Below, in pieces: positions 45,008 to 55,731 of a stretch of DNA of 64,000 nt. The DNA is from an uncultured Bacilli bacterium. Its GTDB lineage: Bacteria > Bacillota_I > Bacilli_A > RF39 > UBA660. Each line of letters opens with the position of its first letter. The stretch's first letter is position 1. The position numbers were made by a program, and so were the translations under genes. The notes under the pieces are model-generated. The model did not search any database. It worked only from the letters and a program-made list of their open reading frames with translations, and was not told the DNA's origin. The stretch lies in NCBI GenBank assembly GCA_947629235.1, contig CANRCX010000002.1:20824-84823 (forward strand), given 5' to 3'.

Positions 45008-47356
45008 TTACCAAGAGCTGCCTCCGCCACCACCAGAGCCACCACCTGATGATCCACCGCCAGAAGATCCTCCACCACCAGAGCTGCCACCTGAGCTAGA
45101 TGGACTTGAAGTCATAGCATTTTGAATAGAATACATTGTAGAATGCATAAAATTATTAAATGTTATTATACTAAATGTATCCGTACTATCATACCAATCT
45201 GGTGATTTTATTGCAATAGATTCAAATTTATTAATCCATTCATCTGATACATCTAAGGCATAAGCATAAGGCAATATATTATAAAAGTATTCTGGATCTT
45301 TATGAACTAATGCTTCTAATTTTTCTTTTTCAACTGTTTCTAAAAAATCTTTAAATCCTAATAATTTACCTAACATTTCATTACCAAATTTTGTTCTTTT
45401 TGGTATATATATCAAGCAAATAACTAGTCCACAAATACAACATAAACCAAATATATAAGCAACTAAGTAAACTATATTTTGTGTAAGTATTGGTAATAGA
45501 AAATATATAAATGGAAGAATACCAAACATTATACCCATTAGTATTCCAAATATTTTTGAAAATCCATTTGAAACACTACTGTATAAACCTTTTGTACTTG
45601 GTGTTAAATTTTGAAACAAACAATAAAACATAAATGTAAATCCAATAGCTGGGAATAACGTAAAAATTATCATAGCATATTGTTCAGCATAATCTAATAC
45701 AGGTGGTAATGAAATAAGTAAATAAGATATAATAATCATTATTCTAACAAGATTTAATTTGTTTTCTGCAGATTTTTCAAATATTTTATATTTTTCATTA
45801 AGTTTAATTTGTAATAATATTGAATTTATTGTGTGATAAAAATTATTTTCTAAATCTTTTGATGTAACTTCGTTAAGATTTTCTGTTTCAGTATCATCAA
45901 CTAATGAAAATAATGAAAATTTCTTTCTAAATAATCCTTCTAAGAATTCTTTTTCATATATATTTTTACCATCATAATCTTTTAATTTAGTTATTTTAAA
46001 ATCTTTTGATTTGAAAAATAAACCTTCTTTTTCATATTCAGTAATTTTAATATAACCTTTATTTGCTAAATATATTAAAAGTGATACTACATTTTTATAA
46101 TTTGCTTCACCTTTAAAATAATATGCAATTTCTAAACTATTGAATCCTTCAGGTGGATAAAATTCAACAGTTTTAACTACTAAATCATCACGACCATATT
46201 TATTCCACCAGTATATAGAAATTCCTAAAAATGATAAGGGCAATAGAAATATAATAATGTAAAAATAGTTAAATGCTAATTTTGCATTTTTAAAATATCC
46301 CTCTTCAAGTTCACACCTAACAGTTAATCCTTCACCAGGTTTAAGAATACCATCATAATTACCAGTTATTTTATTACCAACAACATTATATTTTATATTA
46401 CTATTATCAGTTGAACCTTTAAAGCCAGATGAAAATCCTAATTTACTGGAATTAAAAGATTTAGGCATAGTTATTGTAAATGTAACGTTACCAATGTATG
46501 TATCCCATTCAGTACCAATTATATTGTAATAAAGTTCATCATAATTTTTCATAGGATCTTTTCCTAAATTATATGTGTATTTTATTACATAAGTTTTTTT
46601 ACCAGTTAATGTTCTATTTGCATTTCCTATTTTAATTGTATAATCATTACTATTTTTAGATTTAGAAAAAGTATCATCAACACTTACATTTGTTATTTGA
46701 ACTCTATTTTTAGTTATTGTACCATCTAATCTACTAATCTCATTTCTAAGTGGAATAGTTCTAATTATTCCATGCTTAGGAGTATTAAAATATGCAGTAA
46801 TTGTTTCTGTAATATCAAATGTATTATTTTCATTAACTATTATATTTATATCATAATTATCAATTACATAACCATTAGAACTATATAGTCCAATTTCACT
46901 AGGCGTATTTGATGTTGTATCTGTTTTTGAATCATCTACTTCAATTGATAAAGTGTAATAATATATTTCACTAATATCATGTCCATTTAAAATACTTAAA
47001 TTAGACATTAAATTAAAATCACTTGTACCAACAACTGCAGTTTCTTGATTATAACTATTAGCAATTAAATTATAATTATAATCATAATAAGTTACATTTG
47101 ATTTATAATCAATTTCTTCATTTGATTTATTAATAATTGTACCAGTTAAACCAAAAGCTTGAGTAGAAGTAGAAGAATAATCTTTAAAAGATATATCAGA
47201 AAAATATAAATTTTCAATAGTTAATGATTGATTATCTTCTTTAATATCTTTAAATTCTAATTCATTTGATATAGCATAAGAATTTAATGGACAAAATAAA
47301 AATAGAGATAATACAATTATTAAAAATAAAAATAATTTATTAATAATATTTCTCAT
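45008..47356 (-). CDS. DUF2207-domain membrane protein with C-terminal Gly/Ser-rich tail
   Basis: A signal peptide and large extracellular domain are followed by TM clusters, and the protein ends in SSGGSSGGGGSSGGGSSGGGSGGGGGSSW. It sits immediately downstream of LemA, the classic LemA-DUF2207 pair. Confidence 0.7.
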   Translation of the reverse strand: MRNIINKLFLFLIIVLSLFLFCPLNSYAISNELEFKDIKEDNQSLTIENLYFSDISFKDYSSTSTQAFGLTGTIINKSNEEIDYKSNVTYYDYNYNLIANSYNQETAVVGTSDFNLMSNLSILNGHDISEIYYYTLSIEVDDSKTDTTSNTPSEIGLYSSNGYVIDNYDINIIVNENNTFDITETITAYFNTPKHGIIRTIPLRNEISRLDGTITKNRVQITNVSVDDTFSKSKNSNDYTIKIGNANRTLTGKKTYVIKYTYNLGKDPMKNYDELYYNIIGTEWDTYIGNVTFTITMPKSFNSSKLGFSSGFKGSTDNSNIKYNVVGNKITGNYDGILKPGEGLTVRCELEEGYFKNAKLAFNYFYIIIFLLPLSFLGISIYWWNKYGRDDLVVKTVEFYPPEGFNSLEIAYYFKGEANYKNVVSLLIYLANKGYIKITEYEKEGLFFKSKDFKITKLKDYDGKNIYEKEFLEGLFRKKFSLFSLVDDTETENLNEVTSKDLENNFYHTINSILLQIKLNEKYKIFEKSAENKLNLVRIMIIISYLLISLPPVLDYAEQYAMIIFTLFPAIGFTFMFYCLFQNLTPSTKGLYSSVSNGFSKIFGILMGIMFGILPFIYFLLPILTQNIVYLVAYIFGLCCICGLVICLIYIPKRTKFGNEMLGKLLGFKDFLETVEKEKLEALVHKDPEYFYNILPYAYALDVSDEWINKFESIAIKSPDWYDSTDTFSIITFNNFMHSTMYSIQNAMTSSPSSSGGSSGGGGSSGGGSSGGGSGGGGGSSW

Positions 47357-47367
47357 TATTACCTCCA

Positions 47368-47925
47368 TTATAATTTAATATCAATATTTTCTTTTTCGTT
47401 TTCATTAGCTTCAAACATTTCTTTTGTTTTATAGCCAAGTAGTTTAGCTACTATATTACTTGGAAACATTTCAACTTTATTATTATAAATTCTAATTGTT
47501 CCATTATAATATTTTCTTGAATTAGCAATATCTTCTTCAACTTTAGTAAGCTTATTACCTAAATCAATAAAATTTTGATTAGCTTTTAAATCAGGGTAAG
47601 ATTCAGCTAAAGCTATAAGTTTATTGAGATCTTTTGATAATTGCTCATTAGTTTTTAATTTTTCATCGTCAGATAATTTTTCATAAATACTATTTCTTAA
47701 TTCAGTAATTTCTTTTAAAGTATCTTTTTCATGTTTAGCATATTCTTTAACTATTTCAACCATGTTTGGTATTAAATCCCATCTTTTCTTTAAATATACA
47801 TCCATTGTTGAAAAAGCTTCTTTAACTTTATTATTTAATTGTACAAAGCTATTATATATAACTAAAAAAGCTATTAGTAATATAAAAATTAATGCTATAA
47901 TACCATAAAGTATAAAATAACTCAT
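47368..47925 (-). CDS. lemA: LemA family protein
   Basis: An N-terminal TM is followed by ..YNSFV.L...V.EAFS..DV.LKRR.DLIPN.V..VK.YA.HE...L.. Confidence 0.85.
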   Translation of the reverse strand: MSYFILYGIIALIFILLIAFLVIYNSFVQLNNKVKEAFSTMDVYLKKRWDLIPNMVEIVKEYAKHEKDTLKEITELRNSIYEKLSDDEKLKTNEQLSKDLNKLIALAESYPDLKANQNFIDLGNKLTKVEEDIANSRKYYNGTIRIYNNKVEMFPSNIVAKLLGYKTKEMFEANENEKENIDIKL

Positions 47926-48045
47926 ATGACCAATATTTACCTCCTTTACTATTTATTATATTTTAACATATATTTATTTATTTTAATATGCTTTTTTTAA
48001 AATATATATGTTAATTATGTGTTAAAATATTAATAGGTGGTTAAT

Positions 48046-48477
48046 ATGAAACCTATAAGAAAAGCTGTAAGAACATTTTTAATAAATAATAACAAAGTAT
48101 TAACAATAAAATATAATGATGGATTTTATGATGTTCCTGGTGGAAAAATTGAAGATAATGAAAATTCTATTGAAGCAGCATTAAGAGAATTTAAAGAAGA
48201 AACATTAATTGAAATTAAAAATCCAAAATATGCTGGTAATTTAATAATTGAATATCCTGATCGTATATATGATTTAGATATTTATTTAACTTGTGAATAT
48301 ATAAAAACTGATTTAAATGATAATTGGATAGAAATTAATGAACTTTTAAATAATGATAAATTATTACCTGTTATACATTTATTGGAAAAATCATATTATA
48401 ATGAATTAATTAATTTAACAAATTTTAAATTTCATTTTATATCTGATTTAAATCACAATATAATAAATAAATTTTAA
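48046..48477 (+). CDS. NUDIX hydrolase
   Basis: The Nudix box is GGKIEDNENSIEAALREFKEETLIE. ATG 48046 lies 5 nt after AGGTGG. Confidence 0.85.
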   Translation: MKPIRKAVRTFLINNNKVLTIKYNDGFYDVPGGKIEDNENSIEAALREFKEETLIEIKNPKYAGNLIIEYPDRIYDLDIYLTCEYIKTDLNDNWIEINELLNNDKLLPVIHLLEKSYYNELINLTNFKFHFISDLNHNIINKF

Positions 48478-48512
48478 CATAATAAAAAGAGCAAAAGCTC
48501 TTTTATTAGTAC

Positions 48513-49466
48513 TTAAAGTGTAAATATTAATGCATAATATACTGCAAATGTTAATAATAATATAATTCCTTGATTTTTAGTTATAGTTCTTTTAGTTTCT
48601 GCAAATACAAATAGTAAAAATGAAGATAAAATTAACATAATTAAATCTAACATTTGAAAACTTGTTGGAGTAATAGTTCCAAATATAACAACAGGTATTC
48701 CAAGAACTATACATATATCAAATATATTGCTACCAATAATATTTCCAAGTAATAAATCTTGTTCACCTTTTCTAGCTGATACAATTGTTGTTACTAATTC
48801 AGGTAATGATGTACCAATAGCTATAATTGTAAGCCCAATTAATCTTTCACTTAATCCTAATCTTGTAGCAATACTAGTTGCATTATCAACAACTAAGTCA
48901 CTACCAAAAATAATACCAGCTAATCCAATTGCTACAAATAGTAAAGATTTACCTAATTTAAATTTGGGTTTTTCATCTTTATCAGTTTCTTTTTTTTGTC
49001 TTGTTAATGAAATTAAATAATATAAGAATATTAAGAAAAATAATAATATTATAATACCATCACTTCTTGTTATTTGATTTATTGTTCCATTTGCAAGACT
49101 AACATCTAAGAATAATACAACTAAAGCTGTAGAAAATAATAAACATAAAGGTAATTCTTTTCTTACTGTATTAACTTTTACTCTAATAGGTTTAATAACA
49201 GCAGCTATACCAAGAATTAATAATGAATTAGTAATACAACTACCAATTACATTTCCAAGTACCATATCAGTACTTCCTGATGATAAAGCTTGTAAAGAAA
49301 CTGCAAGTTCTGGTGCAGATGTTCCGAATGCTATAATTGTAAGACCAATTAACATTTTAGAAACTTTAAAGTTTTGTGCTGTAGAAGAAGCACCATCAAC
49401 AAATATATCTGCTCCTTTTATTAAAAGTACAAAACCTAGTATTAATAATAATATATCAACTATCAT
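48513..49466 (-). CDS. Calcium/cation antiporter (CaCA, YrbG-like)
   Basis: Two alpha-repeat motifs, GTSAPELAVS and GTSLPELVTT, sit within about 10 TM segments. Confidence 0.88.
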   Translation of the reverse strand: MIVDILLLILGFVLLIKGADIFVDGASSTAQNFKVSKMLIGLTIIAFGTSAPELAVSLQALSSGSTDMVLGNVIGSCITNSLLILGIAAVIKPIRVKVNTVRKELPLCLLFSTALVVLFLDVSLANGTINQITRSDGIIILLFFLIFLYYLISLTRQKKETDKDEKPKFKLGKSLLFVAIGLAGIIFGSDLVVDNATSIATRLGLSERLIGLTIIAIGTSLPELVTTIVSARKGEQDLLLGNIIGSNIFDICIVLGIPVVIFGTITPTSFQMLDLIMLILSSFLLFVFAETKRTITKNQGIILLLTFAVYYALIFTL

Positions 49467-49563
49467 ATATACCAACTCCTATGATAACATTATAGCATAT
49501 AATTATAAATTTTTTTATACTTTTAAAGTATAGTTTGTTATAATTGATTTATAAAGAAAGAGA

Positions 49564-50073
49564 ATGATATGTATGGATAATTATGTATGTAAAATTGCTA
49601 CTCTTGAAGAAATGAATATAAAATGGGATTATGAAATAGAACATAATATAGAAGATAGAAACAATTATATTATCTGGAAAGAAAATAATATAGAAAAATT
49701 TAAGAGTGGATATATAACTCCATATTATGGAATACTTAATGGTAAAATAATATGTGAAGCAACTGCTTGTTTTAATAAAGATATTGTGCAAAATAGTTTG
49801 GGACTAGTAGATGAAAATACTGTTTACTTATCTGCATTTAGAACTATCACAGAATATCAAGGAAAAGGTTATTTTTCTAAATTAATGAAATATATGTTAA
49901 ATGATTTAAAAAATAAAGGTTATAAAAGAGTAACATTAGGAATAGAACCACAAGAAGAAAAAAATAAGCAAATTTATGATCATTTTGGTTTTAATGAATA
50001 TATAAAAAGTGGAGTAGAAGAATATCCTGATGGAACTAAAATAGATGTTATATACTATGCAAAGAATCTTTAA
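49564..50073 (+). CDS. GNAT-family N-acetyltransferase
   Basis: The acetyl-CoA motif region is FRTITEYQGKGYFSKLMKYMLNDLK. The start is ambiguous (ATG 49564 or 49573). Confidence 0.75.
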   Translation: MICMDNYVCKIATLEEMNIKWDYEIEHNIEDRNNYIIWKENNIEKFKSGYITPYYGILNGKIICEATACFNKDIVQNSLGLVDENTVYLSAFRTITEYQGKGYFSKLMKYMLNDLKNKGYKRVTLGIEPQEEKNKQIYDHFGFNEYIKSGVEEYPDGTKIDVIYYAKNL

Positions 50074-50078
50074 AAAAA

Positions 50079-50720
50079 TCAGTATTTTATTTTTTTACTT
50101 ATTTCATTGTTAATAGCATAATTTGATACAGCCATAAAATTCTCATCATATGGGTAAGTTTGTTGTCCAAATTTAAGCCACATTGTTGACCAAGAATTAC
50201 TTTCATTAAGTAATTCTTTAACTTTATCATTTATGGTATTATTATTTTCTTGTTTAGTTAAATCAACACATTTTTCTTCATCATATAATTTACATTGTAA
50301 ATCACATTCTAATTTATCACATTGATATGCAAATAAAGATTCTTTAGTATTATGTGAATCAAATTCTAAAAATAATTCTTCAATTTGATTTCCATTTAAT
50401 AAATCATCTAATATTTTATGTACTGCTTCATGTTCTATTATTTCTTTTTCTTCTCTAGATATTTGAAATTGAGTTAAATCTCCAATAACAGTTTCCCCAA
50501 GTTCATGAATTGCTAACATAAATATTACTTTCATAAGATTTATATCATATTGATATTCAGATGCCATAGCAATAGCTAACATTTGAACTCCAAATATATG
50601 TTCAGCAACACTTTCAATTCTATCTCTTTGAACATTCCAATTTTTCCAACCAGTTCTAATAATATTTTTAAGTTTGTTACATAGTACATAATATTTAATA
50701 ACATTTTCTTCTTTTGACAT
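50079..50720 (-). CDS. HD-domain 5'-deoxynucleotidase-like protein (YfbR/HD_3 type)
   Basis: ESVAEHIFGV .. HELGETVIGDLT fits this type. ATG 50720 lies 4 nt after GAGGG. Confidence 0.7.
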   Translation of the reverse strand: MSKEENVIKYYVLCNKLKNIIRTGWKNWNVQRDRIESVAEHIFGVQMLAIAMASEYQYDINLMKVIFMLAIHELGETVIGDLTQFQISREEKEIIEHEAVHKILDDLLNGNQIEELFLEFDSHNTKESLFAYQCDKLECDLQCKLYDEEKCVDLTKQENNNTINDKVKELLNESNSWSTMWLKFGQQTYPYDENFMAVSNYAINNEISKKIKY

Positions 50721-50886
50721 AAAACCCTCATTTCGAAAAAATATTATAATATTTGAATAATTTTTAGTCAATAATAAAAAATATTCATAAATTTATTGTA
50801 AATCAAATATAATTTATTGATAAACGATAAAAATATATTGAAAAAGATAAAATAATGTGTTATATTTTTTATAGGAAGTGAAGAAA

Positions 50887-51348
50887 ATGAAAAATAATTT
50901 AAAAAGTTTAGGATCTGCTTTAAAAATAATATTACAAGTTTTTAGTGTACTAGGAATTATATTTTTATTAGGACTTTATAGCATAACAAAATTATTAAAT
51001 TTACATTATGACTTATTTATTATAATGATTTATCCATGTGGAATATGCTTTCTATATTTAGTTTATCAATTTATTAATTTATTTGATAGTTTAAAAAATA
51101 ATAATCCTTTTTGTCATGAAAATGTTAAAAGACTTAATAATAGTATGGTATGTTCATTATTAATTTGTATTTTAGTTTTAATAGCATTACTTGTTAGTTT
51201 GTTTTATGAATATTATAGCTTACAATTAAAAGTAGCTATTGGTTTTATATCAGCATTATTCTTTGCAATTAGTATTGCTTTACTAATATTAAGTGAATTA
51301 TTTAAACAAGCAACTATATACAAAGAAGAAAATGATTTAACAATATAG
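50887..51348 (+). CDS. DUF2975-like membrane protein
   Basis: Four TM segments and the motif NNPFCHENVKRL (family-typical ..PF...N...L) sit immediately upstream of a YozG-type HTH gene. Confidence 0.6.
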   Translation: MKNNLKSLGSALKIILQVFSVLGIIFLLGLYSITKLLNLHYDLFIIMIYPCGICFLYLVYQFINLFDSLKNNNPFCHENVKRLNNSMVCSLLICILVLIALLVSLFYEYYSLQLKVAIGFISALFFAISIALLILSELFKQATIYKEENDLTI

Positions 51349-51356
51349 GAGGTATT

Positions 51357-51572
51357 ATGGCAATAATAGTTAATTTAGATGTAATGATGGCTAAAAAGAA
51401 AATATCATCACAGGAACTAGCAGAAAAAATTGGAATAACTCAAGCTAATTTATCAATATTAAAAACTAATAAATGTAAAGCAATAAGATTTAGTACTTTA
51501 GAAAAATTATGCGAAGTATTAGATTGTAAACCAGGAGATATTTTAGATTATGAAAAGGAGAGTAAAAAATGA
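51357..51572 (+). CDS. Small XRE/YozG-type HTH transcriptional regulator
   Basis: MAIIVNLDVMMAKKKISSQELAEKIGITQANLSILKTNK..IRFSTLEKLCEVLDCKPGDIL fits this type. Confidence 0.85.
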   Translation: MAIIVNLDVMMAKKKISSQELAEKIGITQANLSILKTNKCKAIRFSTLEKLCEVLDCKPGDILDYEKESKK

Positions 51573-52975
51573 TAAATTTTATTTTATATATTTTTATTCT
51601 TGCTTTATGGAATGTTGTATTATTTTATGATAAATCTTATGGAATATCAGTATTATTATTTATAATTCCACTTCTTATATTAATTTATAATGTATTAAAA
51701 AAGAATAATAAAATTAAAAATAAATATGGATTATTATTTATGATACCAATAATATTATTATCAAGTACATATTTTATATTTGACAGTTCAGTGTTTAAAG
51801 AATTAAATTTTTTAGCAATAATTTTATTATTTATACTTATGTATATATTTACAATAAAACCTAATTATAATTTATTTTCATTAATTAAAGAATCGTTTGA
51901 TTTATTATTTAAACCTTTTTCATTAATTGGAGATTATTTTGAATTAGTAATTAATAAAATAAGTAAAAAAATTAAAATAGGTAGTAAAAGTAAAAAAATA
52001 ATTAAATCAATATTAATATGTACTCCAGTAGTAATTGTAGTATTAGCTTTATTATCTAGTGCTGATATGATATTTGATAAAATATTTTCAAATATATTTA
52101 ATAAATTCTTTAATTTATTTGATAGTAGTATATTTGGTAAATTTATATTATTTATAATTATATTTTTCTTAATTGGTGATACTTTATTATATTTAATAAA
52201 AAAATATCCTAAAGAAGATGAATTTAAAATAGAAAAAGATATATTAGATATTTCTACTATTAAAATACTTATTACTACACTTAATATAATTTATTTAATA
52301 TTTGATTTTATACAAATTAAATCATTAATATTTCATTATGGACTTGATAGTATAAATTATGCTGAATATGCAAGACAAGGATTCTTTGAACTTATGATAG
52401 TATCAGTAATTAATATAAGTGTATTATTACTAGCTAAAAATAGTAAAAGTAATAAAAAAGATCAAAAGTATATAAATATAATGAGTATATTTATGGTATT
52501 CTTAACTCTTATAATAATTATATCTTCATTTTTAAGAATGAATTTATATGAACAAGCTTATGGATATACTACATTAAGATTATTAGTTTATATTAGTTTA
52601 ATAACAGAAATTATATTATTAATACCAACTATACTTTATATATTTAAAGAAAACTTTAATGTTTTAAAATATTATTTAATTATAATATTAAGTGTATATA
52701 CAATAATTAATTTTATTAATATTGACTATATAATAGCAAGAAGAAATGTTAATAGATATTATGAAGGAAAAGAAATAGATATTAGTTATTTAGAAAATTA
52801 TCATACTGATAATTTAAAAGTATTAAGTGAATTATATAAAAATTGTGATAATGAGACAAAAGAAAGTTTAAATACATATTTTAATAATCTTGAAGATTAT
52901 AATTCTAATATGAAATGGCAAGAATTTAATATATCAAAAAATAGTAATTTAAAACAAATCAAAAAAGTGGATTGA
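51569..52975 (+). CDS. Large polytopic membrane protein (DUF4153/DUF4173-like, tentative)
   Basis: About 12 TM segments. Its start overlaps the HTH gene stop by 4 nt. Confidence 0.45.
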   Translation: MINFILYIFILALWNVVLFYDKSYGISVLLFIIPLLILIYNVLKKNNKIKNKYGLLFMIPIILLSSTYFIFDSSVFKELNFLAIILLFILMYIFTIKPNYNLFSLIKESFDLLFKPFSLIGDYFELVINKISKKIKIGSKSKKIIKSILICTPVVIVVLALLSSADMIFDKIFSNIFNKFFNLFDSSIFGKFILFIIIFFLIGDTLLYLIKKYPKEDEFKIEKDILDISTIKILITTLNIIYLIFDFIQIKSLIFHYGLDSINYAEYARQGFFELMIVSVINISVLLLAKNSKSNKKDQKYINIMSIFMVFLTLIIIISSFLRMNLYEQAYGYTTLRLLVYISLITEIILLIPTILYIFKENFNVLKYYLIIILSVYTIINFINIDYIIARRNVNRYYEGKEIDISYLENYHTDNLKVLSELYKNCDNETKESLNTYFNNLEDYNSNMKWQEFNISKNSNLKQIKKVD

Positions 52976-53003
52976 TCCACTTTTTTTAAAAAATTAAAAA
53001 TTG

Positions 53004-53270
53004 TTAGAATATTAATTTATATAATAATCCTAAGAAAACAGCTACCGCGATAATTCCCATTATAATTAGAAAAATAAATAAACCTTTTTTCTCTTTATAT
53101 TTAATAATAGAACGAATAATACCAACTATTAATATAACAAAACCTGCTAGTACAAAAATTTTTTCAATCATCATTCCACTGCTAAAACTATTAAGACTAA
53201 TAAGAATACTTCCAAGTACTATTTCTAGTATATTATCATCTAATTGTTTTTCTTTTTTCAAAATGCCCAC
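53004..53270 (-). CDS. Hypothetical small membrane protein
   Basis: 88 aa with three hydrophobic segments and a GGAGGTGGGC-type RBS. Confidence 0.45.
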   Translation of the reverse strand: MGILKKEKQLDDNILEIVLGSILISLNSFSSGMMIEKIFVLAGFVILIVGIIRSIIKYKEKKGLFIFLIIMGIIAVAVFLGLLYKLIF

Positions 53271-53376
53271 CTCCTTATTATTAAATTCTAAATTAATTAT
53301 ATAAAATATTATAAATAAAATCTATCATAAGTGTAAAATAAATTAGTCATGTGATATAATTAAATGAGAGGTTTAT

Positions 53377-55731
53377 ATGAAAATAGATTATTTAAATAAT
53401 AAAATAATTATAGTAAAAGATGGTACTAAAAATAGTTTACTTGATTTAATTAATTCAAATAAAAAATTATTAAATATTAAAATAATTACATTAAATGAAT
53501 TAAAAAGAAAATATTGTTTTGATTATAATAAAGAAACTATTTATTACATAGTTAAAAATTATAATGTAAATATGTCTATTGCTAATAAATATATAGAAAA
53601 TTTATATTATATAAATAATGATGAAATAGATGATGATAAAGTTAAATTTTTATATTCTTTAAAAAAAGATTTAATAGATAAAAATTTAATTATAGAAAAT
53701 AATTTATTTAAGAATTTTTTAACAAATAAAAATATTATTTTATATAATTTAAAATATGTTGATAAATTTTATAAAAATATATTTAATGAATTAAAAGAAT
53801 CAAATAATATAGAAGAAATTAATAATGAACATGAGACTAGTATTAAAGAAATATATATGGCACAAAATTCTGAAGAAGAAGTTTCTTTTGTAGCAAGTAA
53901 AATATGTGAACTTATTAAAAGTGGAGTTAATATTAATAATATAAAACTTGCTAATGTTAAAAAGGAATATTCATTTATTATAAATAAAACACTTAAAATG
54001 TTTAATATTCCTGTTACATTACCTAGTTTTAGTACTATAAAGGGTACTAATATAGTAAAAAGTTTTAAAGAATTATATAGTAATGATATAAATACTACTA
54101 TTGAAGAATTAAAAAAATTAGTAAAAACTAATAGTGATAAAAAAATATTTAAACAAATTATTAACATATTAAATTCATATTCATTTGAAAATTATGATAA
54201 TGTAAAAGAATTAATATTTGAAGAATTAGATAATATTAAAACAGAAAATATTAAATATAAAAATTCTGTTAAAGTAGTAGATATAACAGATGAAATAATT
54301 AGTGATAATGATTATGTGTTTTTAATTAATTTTAATGAAGGAATTATTCCAATAAACTATAAAGATGAAGATTATTTAAATGATAAAATTAAAGATAAAT
54401 TAAATATTAGTGTGTCTTCTGAATTAAATAAAAATGCTAATCTTGAATTAAAAGAATGTATTAGTAAAATTAAAAATTTAATAGTTACTTATAGTAAATA
54501 TGATACTAATAATGAAATATATGTATCACTTTCTTATGATGATAAATTATTTATAAATAAAGATATAGATATTAACTATAATAATTCTGATTTATATAAT
54601 AAAATAAAATTAGTTAGTGATATGGATGAATTAAATAAATATGGTGTTATATCAAATGAACTTGTTTTATTAAATAATCATTATAAAGATATTAAATATT
54701 TAGATTATAATAATAAATTTAAAGGTATTGATATTAAATCTTTACATGAATATTTAACTAAAGGATTAACTTTATCTTATACAAGTATTAATTCATATTA
54801 TGAATGCGCTTTTAAATATTATTTAAATTATATATTAAGATTAAATAAATATGAAGATAATTTTAGTACAGTAATTGGTAATATATTTCATGAAGTATTA
54901 TCTTATGCTTTTAATGATGACTTTGACTTTGATAGTAAATGGAAAGAATCAGTAGAAAAAGAAAATACTAGATATTCTTTTAATAATATGGAAAAGTTTT
55001 TTCTAAATAATCTAAAAGATGAACTTATTTTAATAATTGAAACTATAAAAGAACAATTGAAATACACATCACTTAAGAAATCTATGTATGAAAAAGAAGT
55101 AAAAATTGAAATAAATAAAGATTTAAATATTATATTTACAGGTAAAATAGATAAAGTTTTATATGATGAATTTGATGGTGAAACTATATGTGCAATTATT
55201 GATTATAAAACAGGATCTACTAGTATGGATTTAAAATATGTTCCATTTGGTTTAAAAATGCAATTACCAGTATATATTTATTTACTTAAAAATTCTAATA
55301 TTATTGGTAATGTAAAAGTTGGTGGATTTTATTTACAAAAAATTATTAATAATGATAGAGATGTTAGTACAAGAATATCTAATTTAAAATTACAAGGTTA
55401 TACAAATAGTGATGAAAAAATAATTGAAAAAGTAGATTCATCTTATGCAGATTCTAAAATTATAAAAAATTTAAAATTAACTAATAGTGGTTTTTATAAA
55501 TATTCTAAATTGTTATCAGAAGATGAAATAAATGAATTATCTACTTTAGTTGAAACTAATGTAAAAATAGCATCAGATAATATAGTAAATGGTAAATTTG
55601 ATATTAATCCAAAAATTGTTAACAATAATAATCTTGGATGTAATTATTGTAAATTTAAAGATATTTGTTATATGAAATATGAAGATACCGTTAAACTTAA
55701 TATTGAAAGTGAGGTAGAAGAAAATGCCTAA
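53377..55731 (+). CDS. addB: AddB/RexB-type helicase-nuclease subunit (short form)
   Basis: The C-terminal PD-(D/E)XK core (GKIDKV .. IIDYKTG) is flanked by an Fe-S Cys set (C in SYYECAFKYY plus CNYCKFKDIC). It overlaps addA by 8 nt. Confidence 0.8.
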   Translation: MKIDYLNNKIIIVKDGTKNSLLDLINSNKKLLNIKIITLNELKRKYCFDYNKETIYYIVKNYNVNMSIANKYIENLYYINNDEIDDDKVKFLYSLKKDLIDKNLIIENNLFKNFLTNKNIILYNLKYVDKFYKNIFNELKESNNIEEINNEHETSIKEIYMAQNSEEEVSFVASKICELIKSGVNINNIKLANVKKEYSFIINKTLKMFNIPVTLPSFSTIKGTNIVKSFKELYSNDINTTIEELKKLVKTNSDKKIFKQIINILNSYSFENYDNVKELIFEELDNIKTENIKYKNSVKVVDITDEIISDNDYVFLINFNEGIIPINYKDEDYLNDKIKDKLNISVSSELNKNANLELKECISKIKNLIVTYSKYDTNNEIYVSLSYDDKLFINKDIDINYNNSDLYNKIKLVSDMDELNKYGVISNELVLLNNHYKDIKYLDYNNKFKGIDIKSLHEYLTKGLTLSYTSINSYYECAFKYYLNYILRLNKYEDNFSTVIGNIFHEVLSYAFNDDFDFDSKWKESVEKENTRYSFNNMEKFFLNNLKDELILIIETIKEQLKYTSLKKSMYEKEVKIEINKDLNIIFTGKIDKVLYDEFDGETICAIIDYKTGSTSMDLKYVPFGLKMQLPVYIYLLKNSNIIGNVKVGGFYLQKIINNDRDVSTRISNLKLQGYTNSDEKIIEKVDSSYADSKIIKNLKLTNSGFYKYSKLLSEDEINELSTLVETNVKIASDNIVNGKFDINPKIVNNNNLGCNYCKFKDICYMKYEDTVKLNIESEVEENA

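Noticed and set aside
45011-45100. A sharp local GC-rich patch that could suggest foreign DNA or a repeat element.
   Set aside because: It is in frame at the 3' end of the DUF2207 gene and encodes the Gly/Ser-rich tail (GGN/AGY/TCN codons), a known feature of that family.
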